DNA from: Candidatus Woykebacteria bacterium | GTDB taxonomy: Bacteria > Patescibacteriota > Microgenomatia > Woykebacterales > RBG-16-39-9b | Assembly: GCA_040876265.1 (NCBI GenBank) | Contig: JBBDPN010000001.1 | Location: 118,208-182,207, forward strand | Direction: 5' to 3' | Length of the DNA: 64,000 bases | Notes under the pieces: generated by a model | Told to the model about the DNA's origin: nothing | Seen by the model: the letters and a program-made list of their open reading frames with translations, nothing else | The model's database searches: none | Shown here: positions 47,489-57,212 of the stretch, one piece after another | How the letters are laid out: the number at the start of each line of letters is the position of its first letter | Position numbering within the stretch: the stretch's first letter is position 1 | Program-made: the position numbers and the translations under genes

Positions 47489-48500
47489 TTACTATTTCAT
47501 AATACAATTTTTCGTACTCATCTACCATCCTCTTTAAATTAAAGGTTTCTTTAACATGGTTTCTGCAGTCTCTCCTTGAAATTGATCGAATTTTTTTGAT
47601 TGCTTTTAGCATATCTTTTTCTTTTTCGACAATAAAGCCAGTTTTTCTACTTACAATAATCTCTGGCACCGAGCCTTTATTAAACGCTACAACCGGGCAA
47701 CCACAGGCCATTGCCTCGATCATTGTAAGTCCAAAGGGTTCACTCCAAGTGATGGGGTGCAGTAAACACAGGGCCTCCTTCATCAATTTGTTTCTTTCCG
47801 CCTCGTCAACTTCTCCGATCCATCTTATTTTTCCATTTGAGAGTCTGGGTGCGACGTACTGGTTGAAATAAGCGACGTCGAATTTATCCAATTTAGCGGC
47901 TATGATAAGCTCCATTTTCAGAGCCATGGCAATATCCATCGCGATATGTGTCCCCTTCTCCAAAGAAATTCTACCAACAAAAAGTAAATAATTTTTTGGC
48001 CGAGCGCTGAAAGGAAATTTTTCGATCGGAATACCATGGTGAATTGTTTTCCGCCAATTTAATTTCGGTCCTCCTTTTCGCTGCGAGTCAGAGATAGAAA
48101 CAAACTTTAGGTTTTTGTATTCTTCATAGATGTTTCTGTTTTCCAAATTGAAGGCGCCGTGGAAAGTAGTAATAGTAGGTATTGGTGAGAAATACGCTGC
48201 GGAGAAGCTATAATAATCGAGATGATTGTGGATCACATCAAACTGGGTAGCCCCCTTGTACGCTCTAGCGACGTTTAGTAGTGTGAAAGCCGCTTCATCG
48301 GCGGTGTGCATTGCTCTAAGTGAGTGTGAGGATCCAGGTATTAATTTTGCAGATGTCTCTGAATCCCCAGAAGCAAAAAGAGTTACATCGTGGCCTCTCT
48401 TAACGAGTTCTTCAGTTAGATAATAAACAATGCGCTCAGTTCCACCGTACCGTCTTGGCGGTACCCTTTCAATAAGAGGAGCTATTTGTGCAATTTTCAT
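47424..48500 (-). CDS. glycosyltransferase family 4 (GT-B, group 1)
   Basis: N-terminus MKIAQIAPLIERVPPRRYGGTE...GHDVTLFASGD and C-terminus EPFGLTMIEAMACGCPVV...KTGFIV. Confidence 0.8.
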   Translation of the reverse strand: MKIAQIAPLIERVPPRRYGGTERIVYYLTEELVKRGHDVTLFASGDSETSAKLIPGSSHSLRAMHTADEAAFTLLNVARAYKGATQFDVIHNHLDYYSFSAAYFSPIPTITTFHGAFNLENRNIYEEYKNLKFVSISDSQRKGGPKLNWRKTIHHGIPIEKFPFSARPKNYLLFVGRISLEKGTHIAMDIAMALKMELIIAAKLDKFDVAYFNQYVAPRLSNGKIRWIGEVDEAERNKLMKEALCLLHPITWSEPFGLTMIEAMACGCPVVAFNKGSVPEIIVSRKTGFIVEKEKDMLKAIKKIRSISRRDCRNHVKETFNLKRMVDEYEKLYYEIVNGKKAASTTQTTTKTRSKIPT

Positions 48501-48614
48501 TGGGTGTGGTTGTTTTGGGCAACCGGTTGGGCGGGATAAAATATTTTAACCCATTTTGGGTATTTATTCAAGTTGAAACGCCTCCCGACCGCTCATAGAG
48601 CAAATCAGGAGGCG

Positions 48615-49097
48615 TTAAAGATGTAGCCTACCGTGTCTGGGTCGGTAGCGCCGCTGTCGCTGGTTTTCACTGTCTCGATCTACCTCCAAAGAAGCAGTAG
48701 CACCGAACTCATATACATAGCCACATGCGAGGCACGTGCTGAACGCACCATACAGGTCTTCTTCGAACAACATGGACCCATTGCAGCGTGGGCAACTCCT
48801 GGGTGGCTTGCCGTCGGCGACAAGGTCGTTTGGTGAACTAGGAGCTTCTGCGGCGGATTGTTTTACCTTCTCTTCCACCATTGGCCCTTCGACGGCAGTT
48901 GCGTGAAGTGGTAGTGGGAGTTCCAGGGTAAAGGTTTTCAGAGGCGGTTGGGTTTCTGCTGAAGGAATCGCTGGCGGTGGTGCTACCGCTGCCGACTCTT
49001 TCACTTCAGCTGGTTCTACTAGTTCCAAACCTCGATCCGTGGGCAGTTTTCGCTGTTTGGAAAAAAACCTGTGGATCCACTCTCCCAACTGGGACAT
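48615..49097 (-). CDS. hypothetical protein with a C-terminal zinc ribbon
   Basis: CPRCNGS...CLACGY. Confidence 0.4.
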   Translation of the reverse strand: MSQLGEWIHRFFSKQRKLPTDRGLELVEPAEVKESAAVAPPPAIPSAETQPPLKTFTLELPLPLHATAVEGPMVEEKVKQSAAEAPSSPNDLVADGKPPRSCPRCNGSMLFEEDLYGAFSTCLACGYVYEFGATASLEVDRDSENQRQRRYRPRHGRLHL

Positions 49098-49358
49098 GGT
49101 AACACCTCCTTTCTTCGTGGTGCGTCCCCTCTGGTGGCTATTTGGTTGTTAAAGAAGCGCGTCTGATCAAGATATTATCAAGGCTGCTTCCCAATTACAA
49201 TAAGTATTTTTAAGCCCCTATTTTTCTATGGGATAAATGTAGTTTTGGATATGAAATGTCCTGTAGTATTGACAAGTGGGACGATAAAATATAAACTATA
49301 GGACTGTTAATTTGCAGGTTCGTTGCTTGCAATTGCTGCTTTTTGCAGCTCTAACAAC

Positions 49359-49401
49359 AAAGCCCCTAACCCGCCAACCGGCGGGAGGGGCTTTGCCTTT
49401 T
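49359..49401. terminator. Strong GC-rich hairpin with flanking A/T tracts; a bidirectional terminator candidate downstream of 49428..50246
   Basis: AAAGCCCCTAACCCGCC-AACC-GGCGGGAGGGGCTTT then GCCTTTT, read directly. Confidence 0.5.
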
Positions 49402-49427
49402 ACTAATTAACAAATCGAAATTTTGGC

Positions 49428-50246
49428 TTAAACCTTCTCGAGTAGTCGTACACCGAAAACACGTTCGATTATTTTCAGAGCAACTCCTACTGCGATTAGA
49501 AGCAACGGCCAGTTTGGCAAGTTGCCACCAGTTACTGGTAGTCCTTCAGCGGCGGCTAAGACTTGTCCTGGTCTTGGAGCCGGACCTGGGAGTACGGCAG
49601 TTGGTTGATCGCCGGGATCCATAGGTTCACCGCCCCTGTCAGGTAGCGGACCGCCTATTACACTGTGATTTACATCGTTATCGATATTTATTTCGAAGTT
49701 GATGTCCCCAGTTTTGATTGATGCATCTCCAGTGTTCTTATTTGCTTCATTTTCACCCGTGTTAAGGTCTGCTCCTATATTGTTTTGCAAATCCACATTG
49801 TTATTCACATTAATATTCAGGTTATTCTTGATCCTAGTTTCGGCTTTGTTTACTGAGTCTGCACCAGTGTTCTCATTGCTGGATGTTAGGAATGGACCGC
49901 AACAAATAAGGTTGGTGTTGGTATTGAACACGTCAGCACCATTAGCCTTGTTTGTTATATTTACATGGCCGCTTATATCCCCTGTTTGAATAGACGCATC
50001 ACCAGTGTTTTTATTAGCTTCATTCTTTCCCGTGTTCGCTTTTACGCTTATGTTGTTAGTTATATTTGCGTTGTTGGTACTATTAATTGTTGTGTTGTTT
50101 TCTACAGAAACTTCAGCCTTGTTTACTGAGTCTGCACCGGTGTTGGTGTTACTAGCAGTACTAGCGAGAGCTGCAGTACCGATAAGAAGTACGCTGGCAC
50201 CTGCAGCGGCAGAAGATGTTATAACTTTTGTCCAGATGTCTTTCAT
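49428..50246 (-). CDS. secreted Asn/Thr-rich repeat protein with a C-terminal LPxTG-type sortase anchor
   Basis: Signal peptide. Two copies of the NTGADSxNKAE...NTGxNEANKNTGDASIxTGD module. C-terminal LPVTGG, then a hydrophobic helix, then a KIIERVFGVR tail. Confidence 0.6.
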   Translation of the reverse strand: MKDIWTKVITSSAAAGASVLLIGTAALASTASNTNTGADSVNKAEVSVENNTTINSTNNANITNNISVKANTGKNEANKNTGDASIQTGDISGHVNITNKANGADVFNTNTNLICCGPFLTSSNENTGADSVNKAETRIKNNLNINVNNNVDLQNNIGADLNTGENEANKNTGDASIKTGDINFEINIDNDVNHSVIGGPLPDRGGEPMDPGDQPTAVLPGPAPRPGQVLAAAEGLPVTGGNLPNWPLLLIAVGVALKIIERVFGVRLLEKV

Positions 50247-50252
50247 GGTTAC

Positions 50253-52511
50253 TTAACGTTTCACCCCCTTAAATAATGCCCTCCTTGTCAATGAAAATAC
50301 TATTCCAAGTGCCACCGGATACATCAAGTTCATGAGATTGAAATCATCAAACAGCCCTCTCTCAGAGTTGAAGCGGGCTATTGGCGGAGCTTGTCCATCG
50401 TTATCCGTACCTAGAACCAGTGTTTGTACATCTGCATCTCCAGGTGATTTAGCTGTGTTTGATCCACCGTTTGTTTCAAGGCTAGGTCCACTAGCTGCTC
50501 CAAATGCAAGTAGCGTCTGATTTGCTCCGTTTATAGTAGAGCTGGTCGGTCTGGAAGAACTTTTACTGCTACTTGCGGATTTGCTGAGAGGCTCGTTGAT
50601 ATTTACACCAGACAGGGTTTTTTCGCCGTTCACGATGTCGCCGTTAAACTGACCAAAAATATTCACAATTGTCAGTAAAAATCTGCTGCCAATGAAGGTA
50701 TTGTTTAGAAAGTTGGCGATGTTGGCAGCTATATTTACGTCACCGGTTTTTATCGAACCGCTTCCTGTATTGTATGAAGCACTATTATCACCAGTGTTCG
50801 CATTTAGGTTTACGTTGTTTACGAGCGTTCCAGTGTTGTTGACAGTGATATCAGTTTCGTTCTCGACATTATTTGCTGCTTCATTGAAACTATCTGCACC
50901 AGTGGTATCATTGGCCGCTACTATACTTCCGTCTGGGTTTACAGTGAAAGTGAAGAATGGTGAGTAGACGCTGCCCTGCTCCCCTCCGAAGAGCTGTCCT
51001 GTCCAACTACCCATGTTGTTTATAAGTACCATCCAGATATCGCCACCGCTGCCAACTGCCGAGGTGTTGGCTACAGTAGAGACGTTTAAGTTTGCATCCA
51101 CATCACCAGTGTCGATGTAACCACCACCGGTGTTTTTACTGGCGTCATTACCACCAGTGTTGCCGTTTAAATTTACATTGTTCTGTACGTCGGCAAGGTT
51201 GTTGAGGTCGATACTGGTATTGTTGCTTGTTGAATTGTTTGCTGTATTTTCTGAACCCGCGCCGGTAGTTGAATTACCAGCTAGTAAGTCTAAACCAGAA
51301 CCATTGGTACCTGTTCCACCTTCATTTATACCTTTTAGAACGATATCTCCGTCCAGGGTGCCAAAAATGTTCACCACTCCCAGCAGCAGTTCTCCGCCAC
51401 CGCCAAGAAACACATTATTGAGGAAGTTTATAAGGTTAAAAGCAATGTTGGCATCCCCGGTCGTAACGCTTCCGTTGCCAGTATTTTTATCAGCAGTATT
51501 GTTTCCTGTATTTGAGGTGAGGTCATAATTATTTATTAAGTTTCCGAAATTATCGACCAATATAGTGTTTGAGTTGTTCGAAGTGTTAGTTGCGCTGTTT
51601 AAAGAATCTTCTCCAGTAGCATTGTTTCCAGCAAAGGCACCACCGCCCGGAATATAAGTGGGGGTTATTTTGCTGTAATCAATGACGATATCGCCGGTCT
51701 GATCATCCATTACGTTGAAGACAGAGGCGCCAACGTTTACGTTGTTAGCTGTATTTACGGCCGTTAATATTACGTCAGAGTCACCGGTGGTAACTATCCC
51801 GTTCCCTGTGTTTTTATCAGCGCTATTGTTACCTGTGTTGCTATCAAAATCAACATAGTTGTAAAGATCGGCGTCATTATCTATACTCGTGCCCGTTTCA
51901 TTGTTTGTATTATTGTCGGCCATATTAAATGATCCAGAGCCTGTCTTATCATTTGCCGCTTCTAGATCCTTTATACTTACAGTTCCACAACTGCCACCGC
52001 TTCCACATGAGCCCACCGAACCAATGCTAATAGTGTTAGCGGTTGTTTCGACGTTGCCTGCTAAGCTAGCGTTTCCAGTATTGACTAGACCGTTCCCAGT
52101 ATTTTTATTAGCACTGTTGTCGCCGGTATTACTATCTCCCTCAACCAGATTATCTATTTTAGCTGTATTATTTATATCGGTGTTACTCGTATTATTAGTG
52201 TTCGTACCAGCTTCGTTGTAAGAATCTGCGCCGGTATTGCTGTTTATTGCTGCCGCGGCAGCTGCAGCCTCAGCGGCGGCCTTTTTAGCCTCCTGACCAG
52301 CCTTCCATTGCTGGTACCAATTATTTGGATCTTTCCAATTTACTTCTTGAGTTGTGCTAGTTGTCTGGGTTGACGGAGTGGCTTCTTGGGCCATCACTAC
52401 GCTAGCCGGAAGCACAAAAGTATAAGAAAATGCAACAAGGACACTTATAAATATGCGTAATATTTTATTTCTTAAGTTAGTTCTCATCTTCTCGTTATTC
52501 TTTAAGGGCAT
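50253..52511 (-). CDS. large secreted Asn/Thr/Gly-rich repeat protein, paralogous to its neighbours
   Basis: Signal peptide. Many degenerate copies of the same module (SNTGDNSANKNTGNGxVTTGDA). C-terminal hydrophobic segment plus basic tail, with no LPxTG. Confidence 0.6.
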   Translation of the reverse strand: MPLKNNEKMRTNLRNKILRIFISVLVAFSYTFVLPASVVMAQEATPSTQTTSTTQEVNWKDPNNWYQQWKAGQEAKKAAAEAAAAAAAINSNTGADSYNEAGTNTNNTSNTDINNTAKIDNLVEGDSNTGDNSANKNTGNGLVNTGNASLAGNVETTANTISIGSVGSCGSGGSCGTVSIKDLEAANDKTGSGSFNMADNNTNNETGTSIDNDADLYNYVDFDSNTGNNSADKNTGNGIVTTGDSDVILTAVNTANNVNVGASVFNVMDDQTGDIVIDYSKITPTYIPGGGAFAGNNATGEDSLNSATNTSNNSNTILVDNFGNLINNYDLTSNTGNNTADKNTGNGSVTTGDANIAFNLINFLNNVFLGGGGELLLGVVNIFGTLDGDIVLKGINEGGTGTNGSGLDLLAGNSTTGAGSENTANNSTSNNTSIDLNNLADVQNNVNLNGNTGGNDASKNTGGGYIDTGDVDANLNVSTVANTSAVGSGGDIWMVLINNMGSWTGQLFGGEQGSVYSPFFTFTVNPDGSIVAANDTTGADSFNEAANNVENETDITVNNTGTLVNNVNLNANTGDNSASYNTGSGSIKTGDVNIAANIANFLNNTFIGSRFLLTIVNIFGQFNGDIVNGEKTLSGVNINEPLSKSASSSKSSSRPTSSTINGANQTLLAFGAASGPSLETNGGSNTAKSPGDADVQTLVLGTDNDGQAPPIARFNSERGLFDDFNLMNLMYPVALGIVFSLTRRALFKGVKR

Positions 52512-52606
52512 TTAGAAATTCACATATTTTGAACTTTTAAATACCCTTCTGGGTTCCCCCGCCCTCTGTAAAGAGGGCGGGGTCCACCAGAAAAAGCAAT
52601 TACGCT

Positions 52607-53737
52607 TTAAACCTCCTCACCGTTGAGGATGTTTTCGTTGACTTCGGTAGTTACTTCTACCTCAACGTCAGTGTCACCAGTGTCGATATCGTCACCGGTG
52701 TTTTTGTTGGTTTCGTTCTTACCAGTGTTAGCTTTGACTTCGCCGTTGTTGTCAACGTCTGAGTTGTTGTTTTGGTTGACGTCTAGGTCGTTTTTGACCT
52801 CTGCTTCTGCTTTGTTGTAGGAATCGTTTCCAGTTTTTTCGTTGGAGCTTTCCAATTCAACATCGCAGCAAACGTCTACATCAGCTTCGTTGGAGTTAGC
52901 TTTGTTTTCGATAACTACTTCAACGTCGGCATCACCAGTATCGACTTCACCTTCACCGGTGTTTTTGTTAGCTTCGTTGTAGCCGGTGTTTGCCCAAACA
53001 TCAACGTTGTTGTCAATATCAGCGTTGTTGTTTTGGTTGATATCGGTGTAGTTCTTAATCTCAACCTCAGCTTCGTTGTAGGAGTCTGCTCCAGTGGTAT
53101 CGTTGGAAGCGCTTACGCTACCTCCACTGCCACCACCAACGCTGGCTTTATTCTCGTTTACCATATTAGTAATGCTGACGACTACGTCGGCATCACCAGT
53201 ATCAACACTACCGCCACCGGTATTTTTGTTGGCTTCGTTGCCACCGGTGTTGGCTTTTACGCTAACGTTATTGTCTACGTCAGCGTTGTTGTTTTGGTTA
53301 AGGTCCAATTTGTTCTTAACCTCAACTTCAGCCTTGTTTTTGGAGTCAGCACCTGTTTTGTTGTTAGAAGCTGACAAGTCACCTTCACAACCACAATTTT
53401 CCACACTGACAACATTGGAGTTGGCTTGGTTACTGATTGAAACAGTAGCGTTTGCATCTCCTGTCTTTACGGAACCTTCACCAGTATTTTTGTTGGCTTC
53501 GTTTTTACCAGTGTTGGATTTTACGCTGATGTTGTTAGTGATGGATGCGTTGTTGTTTTGGTTGACGTTTACGTAGGTTTCTGATTCCACTTCAGCTTTG
53601 TTGTAGGAATCAGCCCCAGTAGTGTCGTTGCTTGCAGTTGCTGCCATGGCCGGAGCAATTGCAAAGGCCAAAGATGCAGCACCGCTCAGAGCTGCGTGGA
53701 TTAGTTTTGTCTTTGTCATGTTTTCACCCCCTTTCAT
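52607..53737 (-). CDS. secreted repeat protein with four tandem modules of about 88 aa
   Basis: Signal peptide. Four near-identical units (TGADSYNKAEVE..NQNNNADxDNNVSVKANTGxNEANKNTGxGSVDTGDADV), each ending in a Cys pair (CGCEGD; CCDVELE). Confidence 0.6.
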   Translation of the reverse strand: MKGGENMTKTKLIHAALSGAASLAFAIAPAMAATASNDTTGADSYNKAEVESETYVNVNQNNNASITNNISVKSNTGKNEANKNTGEGSVKTGDANATVSISNQANSNVVSVENCGCEGDLSASNNKTGADSKNKAEVEVKNKLDLNQNNNADVDNNVSVKANTGGNEANKNTGGGSVDTGDADVVVSITNMVNENKASVGGGSGGSVSASNDTTGADSYNEAEVEIKNYTDINQNNNADIDNNVDVWANTGYNEANKNTGEGEVDTGDADVEVVIENKANSNEADVDVCCDVELESSNEKTGNDSYNKAEAEVKNDLDVNQNNNSDVDNNGEVKANTGKNETNKNTGDDIDTGDTDVEVEVTTEVNENILNGEEV

Positions 53738-54174
53738 TTGTTAATGTTTCTTTGCTTGTAATTAGTTTTCCCTCGCGCCAAACGTGCCTTAATCAAATAC
53801 TGGCAGATAAGCAGAAATAAGTACTTCCTAAGTCGGTCTTGACTTGGCAGAAGATGAGCAGACAGACCAATTATTATTAGTCTGATAGGAAAAACTCTTA
53901 AGTTACATCTCCTATTCTAAATACAAAGAACCTGCCCTGTCAATACTCTTCTTATTTTAGATAGATACGTCCATCAATGTCAACTACCAATCGAGCAATT
54001 GTATTGATATATTAATGCTTTTTGTCAAGGCGACTCTATAATCAAATATAAATAATGAGAAAACCCTATTCGTATAAGGTGTTCTAAGTATATGACGATA
54101 GTAATGAAAAGTTTGTTACAACTAAAAAGAAAAGTGGCTGCTAGTTATTTGCTGAGGGTTATCGAGAAAATGGA

Positions 54175-54762
54175 TTAGAAAGTAATCACCAAAGTTTCCT
54201 TTGGGTCGCTGACATCGCCAACTTCTAGCTTAAATTTCTTCTCGCTGGGAAAAACAACAAACCCAACGTTGCTTTTTTTTGTTGATTCTGGCCTAATCTG
54301 GACGGACCCTTGATGAACTGAAGGCGCAAATTTACTACCGTCCTCTCTTACAAGCCTGAAAAGGTCTACTGGAAACGCATAAAGCGCTACCGGGTAGGGA
54401 TTTTCTACCTCCATATTGATAACTAAAAATACTTTACCCTCTATTGGGTTAGCTCTTTTTCCCTGAACAAGTATATAGTCGCCAAATTCGGCGTTTGTAA
54501 TGCGGAGCTTAAAATTACCATCGGTCCTTAGTCTTTCTTCGGTTCTGGCAACTACCTCATAGGATTTATTTATCTCGATAACTTTGCTGCCATTTATCCC
54601 ACTAGGTTTTATGAAGACAAATAGTAAAACAATCAGAGCTAATACCGCACCCGAACCTAAAAGGATTTTTTTTATGTTCTTATTTAGCAGCTGTCTATAA
54701 GCAATAAATTTGTTCAACATAAAGCGCCGCCTATTATGCTTTATAGTCTTATAGTTTGTCAA
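54175..54762 (-). CDS. hypothetical secreted protein (N-terminal TM anchor), last gene of the Clp-like operon
   Basis: Overlaps the upstream ATPase gene by 4 nt. No motifs. Confidence 0.45.
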   Translation of the reverse strand: MTNYKTIKHNRRRFMLNKFIAYRQLLNKNIKKILLGSGAVLALIVLLFVFIKPSGINGSKVIEINKSYEVVARTEERLRTDGNFKLRITNAEFGDYILVQGKRANPIEGKVFLVINMEVENPYPVALYAFPVDLFRLVREDGSKFAPSVHQGSVQIRPESTKKSNVGFVVFPSEKKFKLEVGDVSDPKETLVITF

Positions 54763-57212
54763 GTGGAAAATAAAAGTTGGTTATTTTGTAGGGAAATGTT
54801 AACCGCCGAGCCGCGCCTTAGTTCTCCGGATAGTATTTTTTGGGCTATGTGACCCTCAATATTGTCTGCCAAAAATCGCTTTAACGGCCTTGCCCCGTAC
54901 GTTGGGTCGAAACCAGATTTGGCGATCCAAGCAGTAGCTTGCGGCTCGATTGTAAGAACCACATCCTGTTTTTTGAGGCGTCCAGCGAGCTCCTTTATCA
55001 AAAGGCCAACTACTTCTACTATTTCGCTTTCGGTTAGGGGTTTGTAAACAATAATATCGTCAAATCGGTTTAGAAATTCGGGCTTAAAAACCCCCTCGCG
55101 TTGCAGCTTCTCTAAAAGCAATTTTTTTAAATCTTCTATCGGGACATTTTGCTGGACGGATTCCCGGATGTACTCGGCTCCAGCGTTTGAAGTGGCGATG
55201 ATTATGGTATTGGAAAAAACTATTTTTCGACCAGTTACATCCTCCAAGACGCCGTCATCCAAAACCGGTAAAAAGGCTTCCTGTATTTTTGGCTCTGCTT
55301 TCTCCATCTCATCAAGCAGCACTAGTGAGTATGGGTTGCGTCTTATTTTTTCAGTAAAATCGCCGCCCTCTTCATATTGGCCAGTGCCTGGAGGTGCGCC
55401 GATTAGTCGATTTATTGCCTGCTCTGATTGGTACTCACTCATATCAATCCGGATTATTTTTTCCTCATCGCCAAAGTAAAGAGATGCTAACGCTTTGGCA
55501 GTTTCGGTTTTTCCAACACCAGTGGGTCCCAAAAATAAGAAGCTGCCGATTGGTTCACTCCCACTCCTTTCGATACTTCGCGCCCGTCTTAGAGCATTGG
55601 ATATAGCTTTGACCGCTTCTTCTTGGTCAACTATTCTTTGGTGGACCACCTTTTCTAGGTGGATCAGCTTTTCCGCTTCCTCTCCACCGGCGAGTTTAAC
55701 CGGCATTTTGGTTTTTTGACTAATCACGTCCTCGAGGTCGGAAACTTCTAACAAGTGTTTTTTCTGCAAGGAGATGGCAGCAGCTGCTTCGTCAAGTAAA
55801 TCTATTGCTTTTCCAGGTAAAACTCGATCCACAAAATATCTTTCCGAAAGTTCAACGACTCGTTGGATTGCTTTGTAAGTGATAATTACCTTGTTTCTTT
55901 TTTCTATTGCTGGTACCGCCTGCTCCAAAATGCGGATTGCAACATCTCCAGTCGGTTCTTCCAGATTAACGGTCTCAAACACAGATGCGAACGTGCCTTG
56001 GGGTTCAATAAAGCGGCGGTAAGCTTCTCTTGTACTGGTAGCAATTACTTGGAGACGACCAGAACCCAGAGAGTTGATTAAGTGACCGGTTATGTTTACA
56101 CCTGTACCAGAGCCGCCGGCGATGTTTTCAATACCTGGCATATACAAAATTACATTGCCAGCGTGGGTTAGTTCGTTTAAAAGATTTTGCAATCTTTGCT
56201 CTAGTTCCCCCGGTGCAGCTCCAGCCAAAAGAGAAGTGACGTCGATTTCGATAAACCGTTTGTATTCCAGAGCCGGTGGTAGTAACCCACTCATGGATCG
56301 CACGGCCAGGCCGCGTACTATCGTGTTTTTACCGATCCCGGGGGGTCCCAAAAGTAGCACATTCTTCTTGACACTGCGGGCTAAAACTTCCTGTACTTGA
56401 GCTATTTCAGCATCTTTACCAACCAGTGTTTCATGTTCTCGGCTCTTGCGAATATCCTTTGATAAATCTACCGAGTAGCTTTCGGTCTCTGGTGTCCAAC
56501 CACCAAGCCAAGATTCACTTATCCCCGGACCTAAACTATCAACCGGCTTCTCCCAGAAGTGACTTTTGTCAGCGTCAAAGTAGTCTCGCGCCCAGAAAAC
56601 GATGTTGAGTAGATCGTTATCCTTCACCTCTTTGTTAAAAAGTAAATTTTTTAGTTCGGGCGTTTGCGATATCAAAGCCAGCAAAATATCCAGCTTGTCT
56701 AGGTAATTTCTGGATTCTTTTTCGGCCCAGGCTCGAGCGTAAGAAAGGGTTTCGTCAAAGTTTATTTTCCGCCCAGTCAGCTGTGGGTCTTGAAACAGCT
56801 TGTTGAGCTCTTCCATTGAAATATCTGCCTTCTCAATCACAAAAAGGACTTTTTTGTTTCTCAGTAAAGGGAGAAGAAGTCGGTGCAAATCCTGTCTGTT
56901 GCCGGCATTGGAAAGTAATTTTGCCGCCTCCAGCGAGATACTGTTAGCCAAATTTTGACCAGACGTAAAAGGTGTGGGCCTTTCCTTCAAAATTTTCTCG
57001 CGATAAAAGATCTCAAAAACAAAAAATATGATTGACACAGCTAGTACCAGATAAAAGATTTTATTACCCCCGGTGCTGCTGGTGAGTATCAGCATCAGTA
57101 GAAGGGCTGCGGCGAGAAGAACGCGGACGGCTACTACCAAAATAGTAGAGTACAGACTAGAAAAAGCAGCCGCGCCAAATATTCTGGATGTGTTAGGCGA
57201 AAATTGCTCCAT
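54759..57212 (-). CDS. membrane-anchored Clp/Hsp100-family AAA+ ATPase (ClpB/ClpC-like) with a degenerate first nucleotide-binding domain
   Basis: Two N-terminal TM helices, then Clp_N-like repeats. D1 carries GPPGIGKNT (Lys kept, Thr changed to Asn) and the Walker B position reads VILYMPGIEN, with no DE pair. D2 is canonical: GPTGVGKTETAKALA, LLDEMEKA, ATSN. Confidence 0.75.
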   Translation of the reverse strand: MEQFSPNTSRIFGAAAFSSLYSTILVVAVRVLLAAALLLMLILTSSTGGNKIFYLVLAVSIIFFVFEIFYREKILKERPTPFTSGQNLANSISLEAAKLLSNAGNRQDLHRLLLPLLRNKKVLFVIEKADISMEELNKLFQDPQLTGRKINFDETLSYARAWAEKESRNYLDKLDILLALISQTPELKNLLFNKEVKDNDLLNIVFWARDYFDADKSHFWEKPVDSLGPGISESWLGGWTPETESYSVDLSKDIRKSREHETLVGKDAEIAQVQEVLARSVKKNVLLLGPPGIGKNTIVRGLAVRSMSGLLPPALEYKRFIEIDVTSLLAGAAPGELEQRLQNLLNELTHAGNVILYMPGIENIAGGSGTGVNITGHLINSLGSGRLQVIATSTREAYRRFIEPQGTFASVFETVNLEEPTGDVAIRILEQAVPAIEKRNKVIITYKAIQRVVELSERYFVDRVLPGKAIDLLDEAAAAISLQKKHLLEVSDLEDVISQKTKMPVKLAGGEEAEKLIHLEKVVHQRIVDQEEAVKAISNALRRARSIERSGSEPIGSFLFLGPTGVGKTETAKALASLYFGDEEKIIRIDMSEYQSEQAINRLIGAPPGTGQYEEGGDFTEKIRRNPYSLVLLDEMEKAEPKIQEAFLPVLDDGVLEDVTGRKIVFSNTIIIATSNAGAEYIRESVQQNVPIEDLKKLLLEKLQREGVFKPEFLNRFDDIIVYKPLTESEIVEVVGLLIKELAGRLKKQDVVLTIEPQATAWIAKSGFDPTYGARPLKRFLADNIEGHIAQKILSGELRRGSAVNISLQNNQLLFST

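Larger units (their letters stand above)
49428..53737. repeat. Tandem and dispersed coding repeats (about 260-nt unit) spanning three paralogous surface-protein genes
   Basis: DNA-level repetition read directly. It produces numerous spurious antisense ORFs in the track. Confidence 0.7.

Noticed and set aside
49699-53576. Many 60-160 aa ORFs on the plus strand (49699..49989, 50005..50256, 50692..50967, 51130..51528, 51889..52221, 52623..52820, 53033..53374, 53094..53576)
   Set aside because: They lie antisense to the three repeat-protein genes. Their low-complexity hydrophobic translations are the expected by-product of the Asn/Thr/Gly codon repeats on the other strand. They have no RBS or independent support.
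49428-53737. Possible CRISPR array, suggested by the regular repetition
   Set aside because: The repeats are about 260-nt coding units with degenerate copies inside long ORFs, not short 25-40 nt direct repeats with unique spacers. There are no cas genes.
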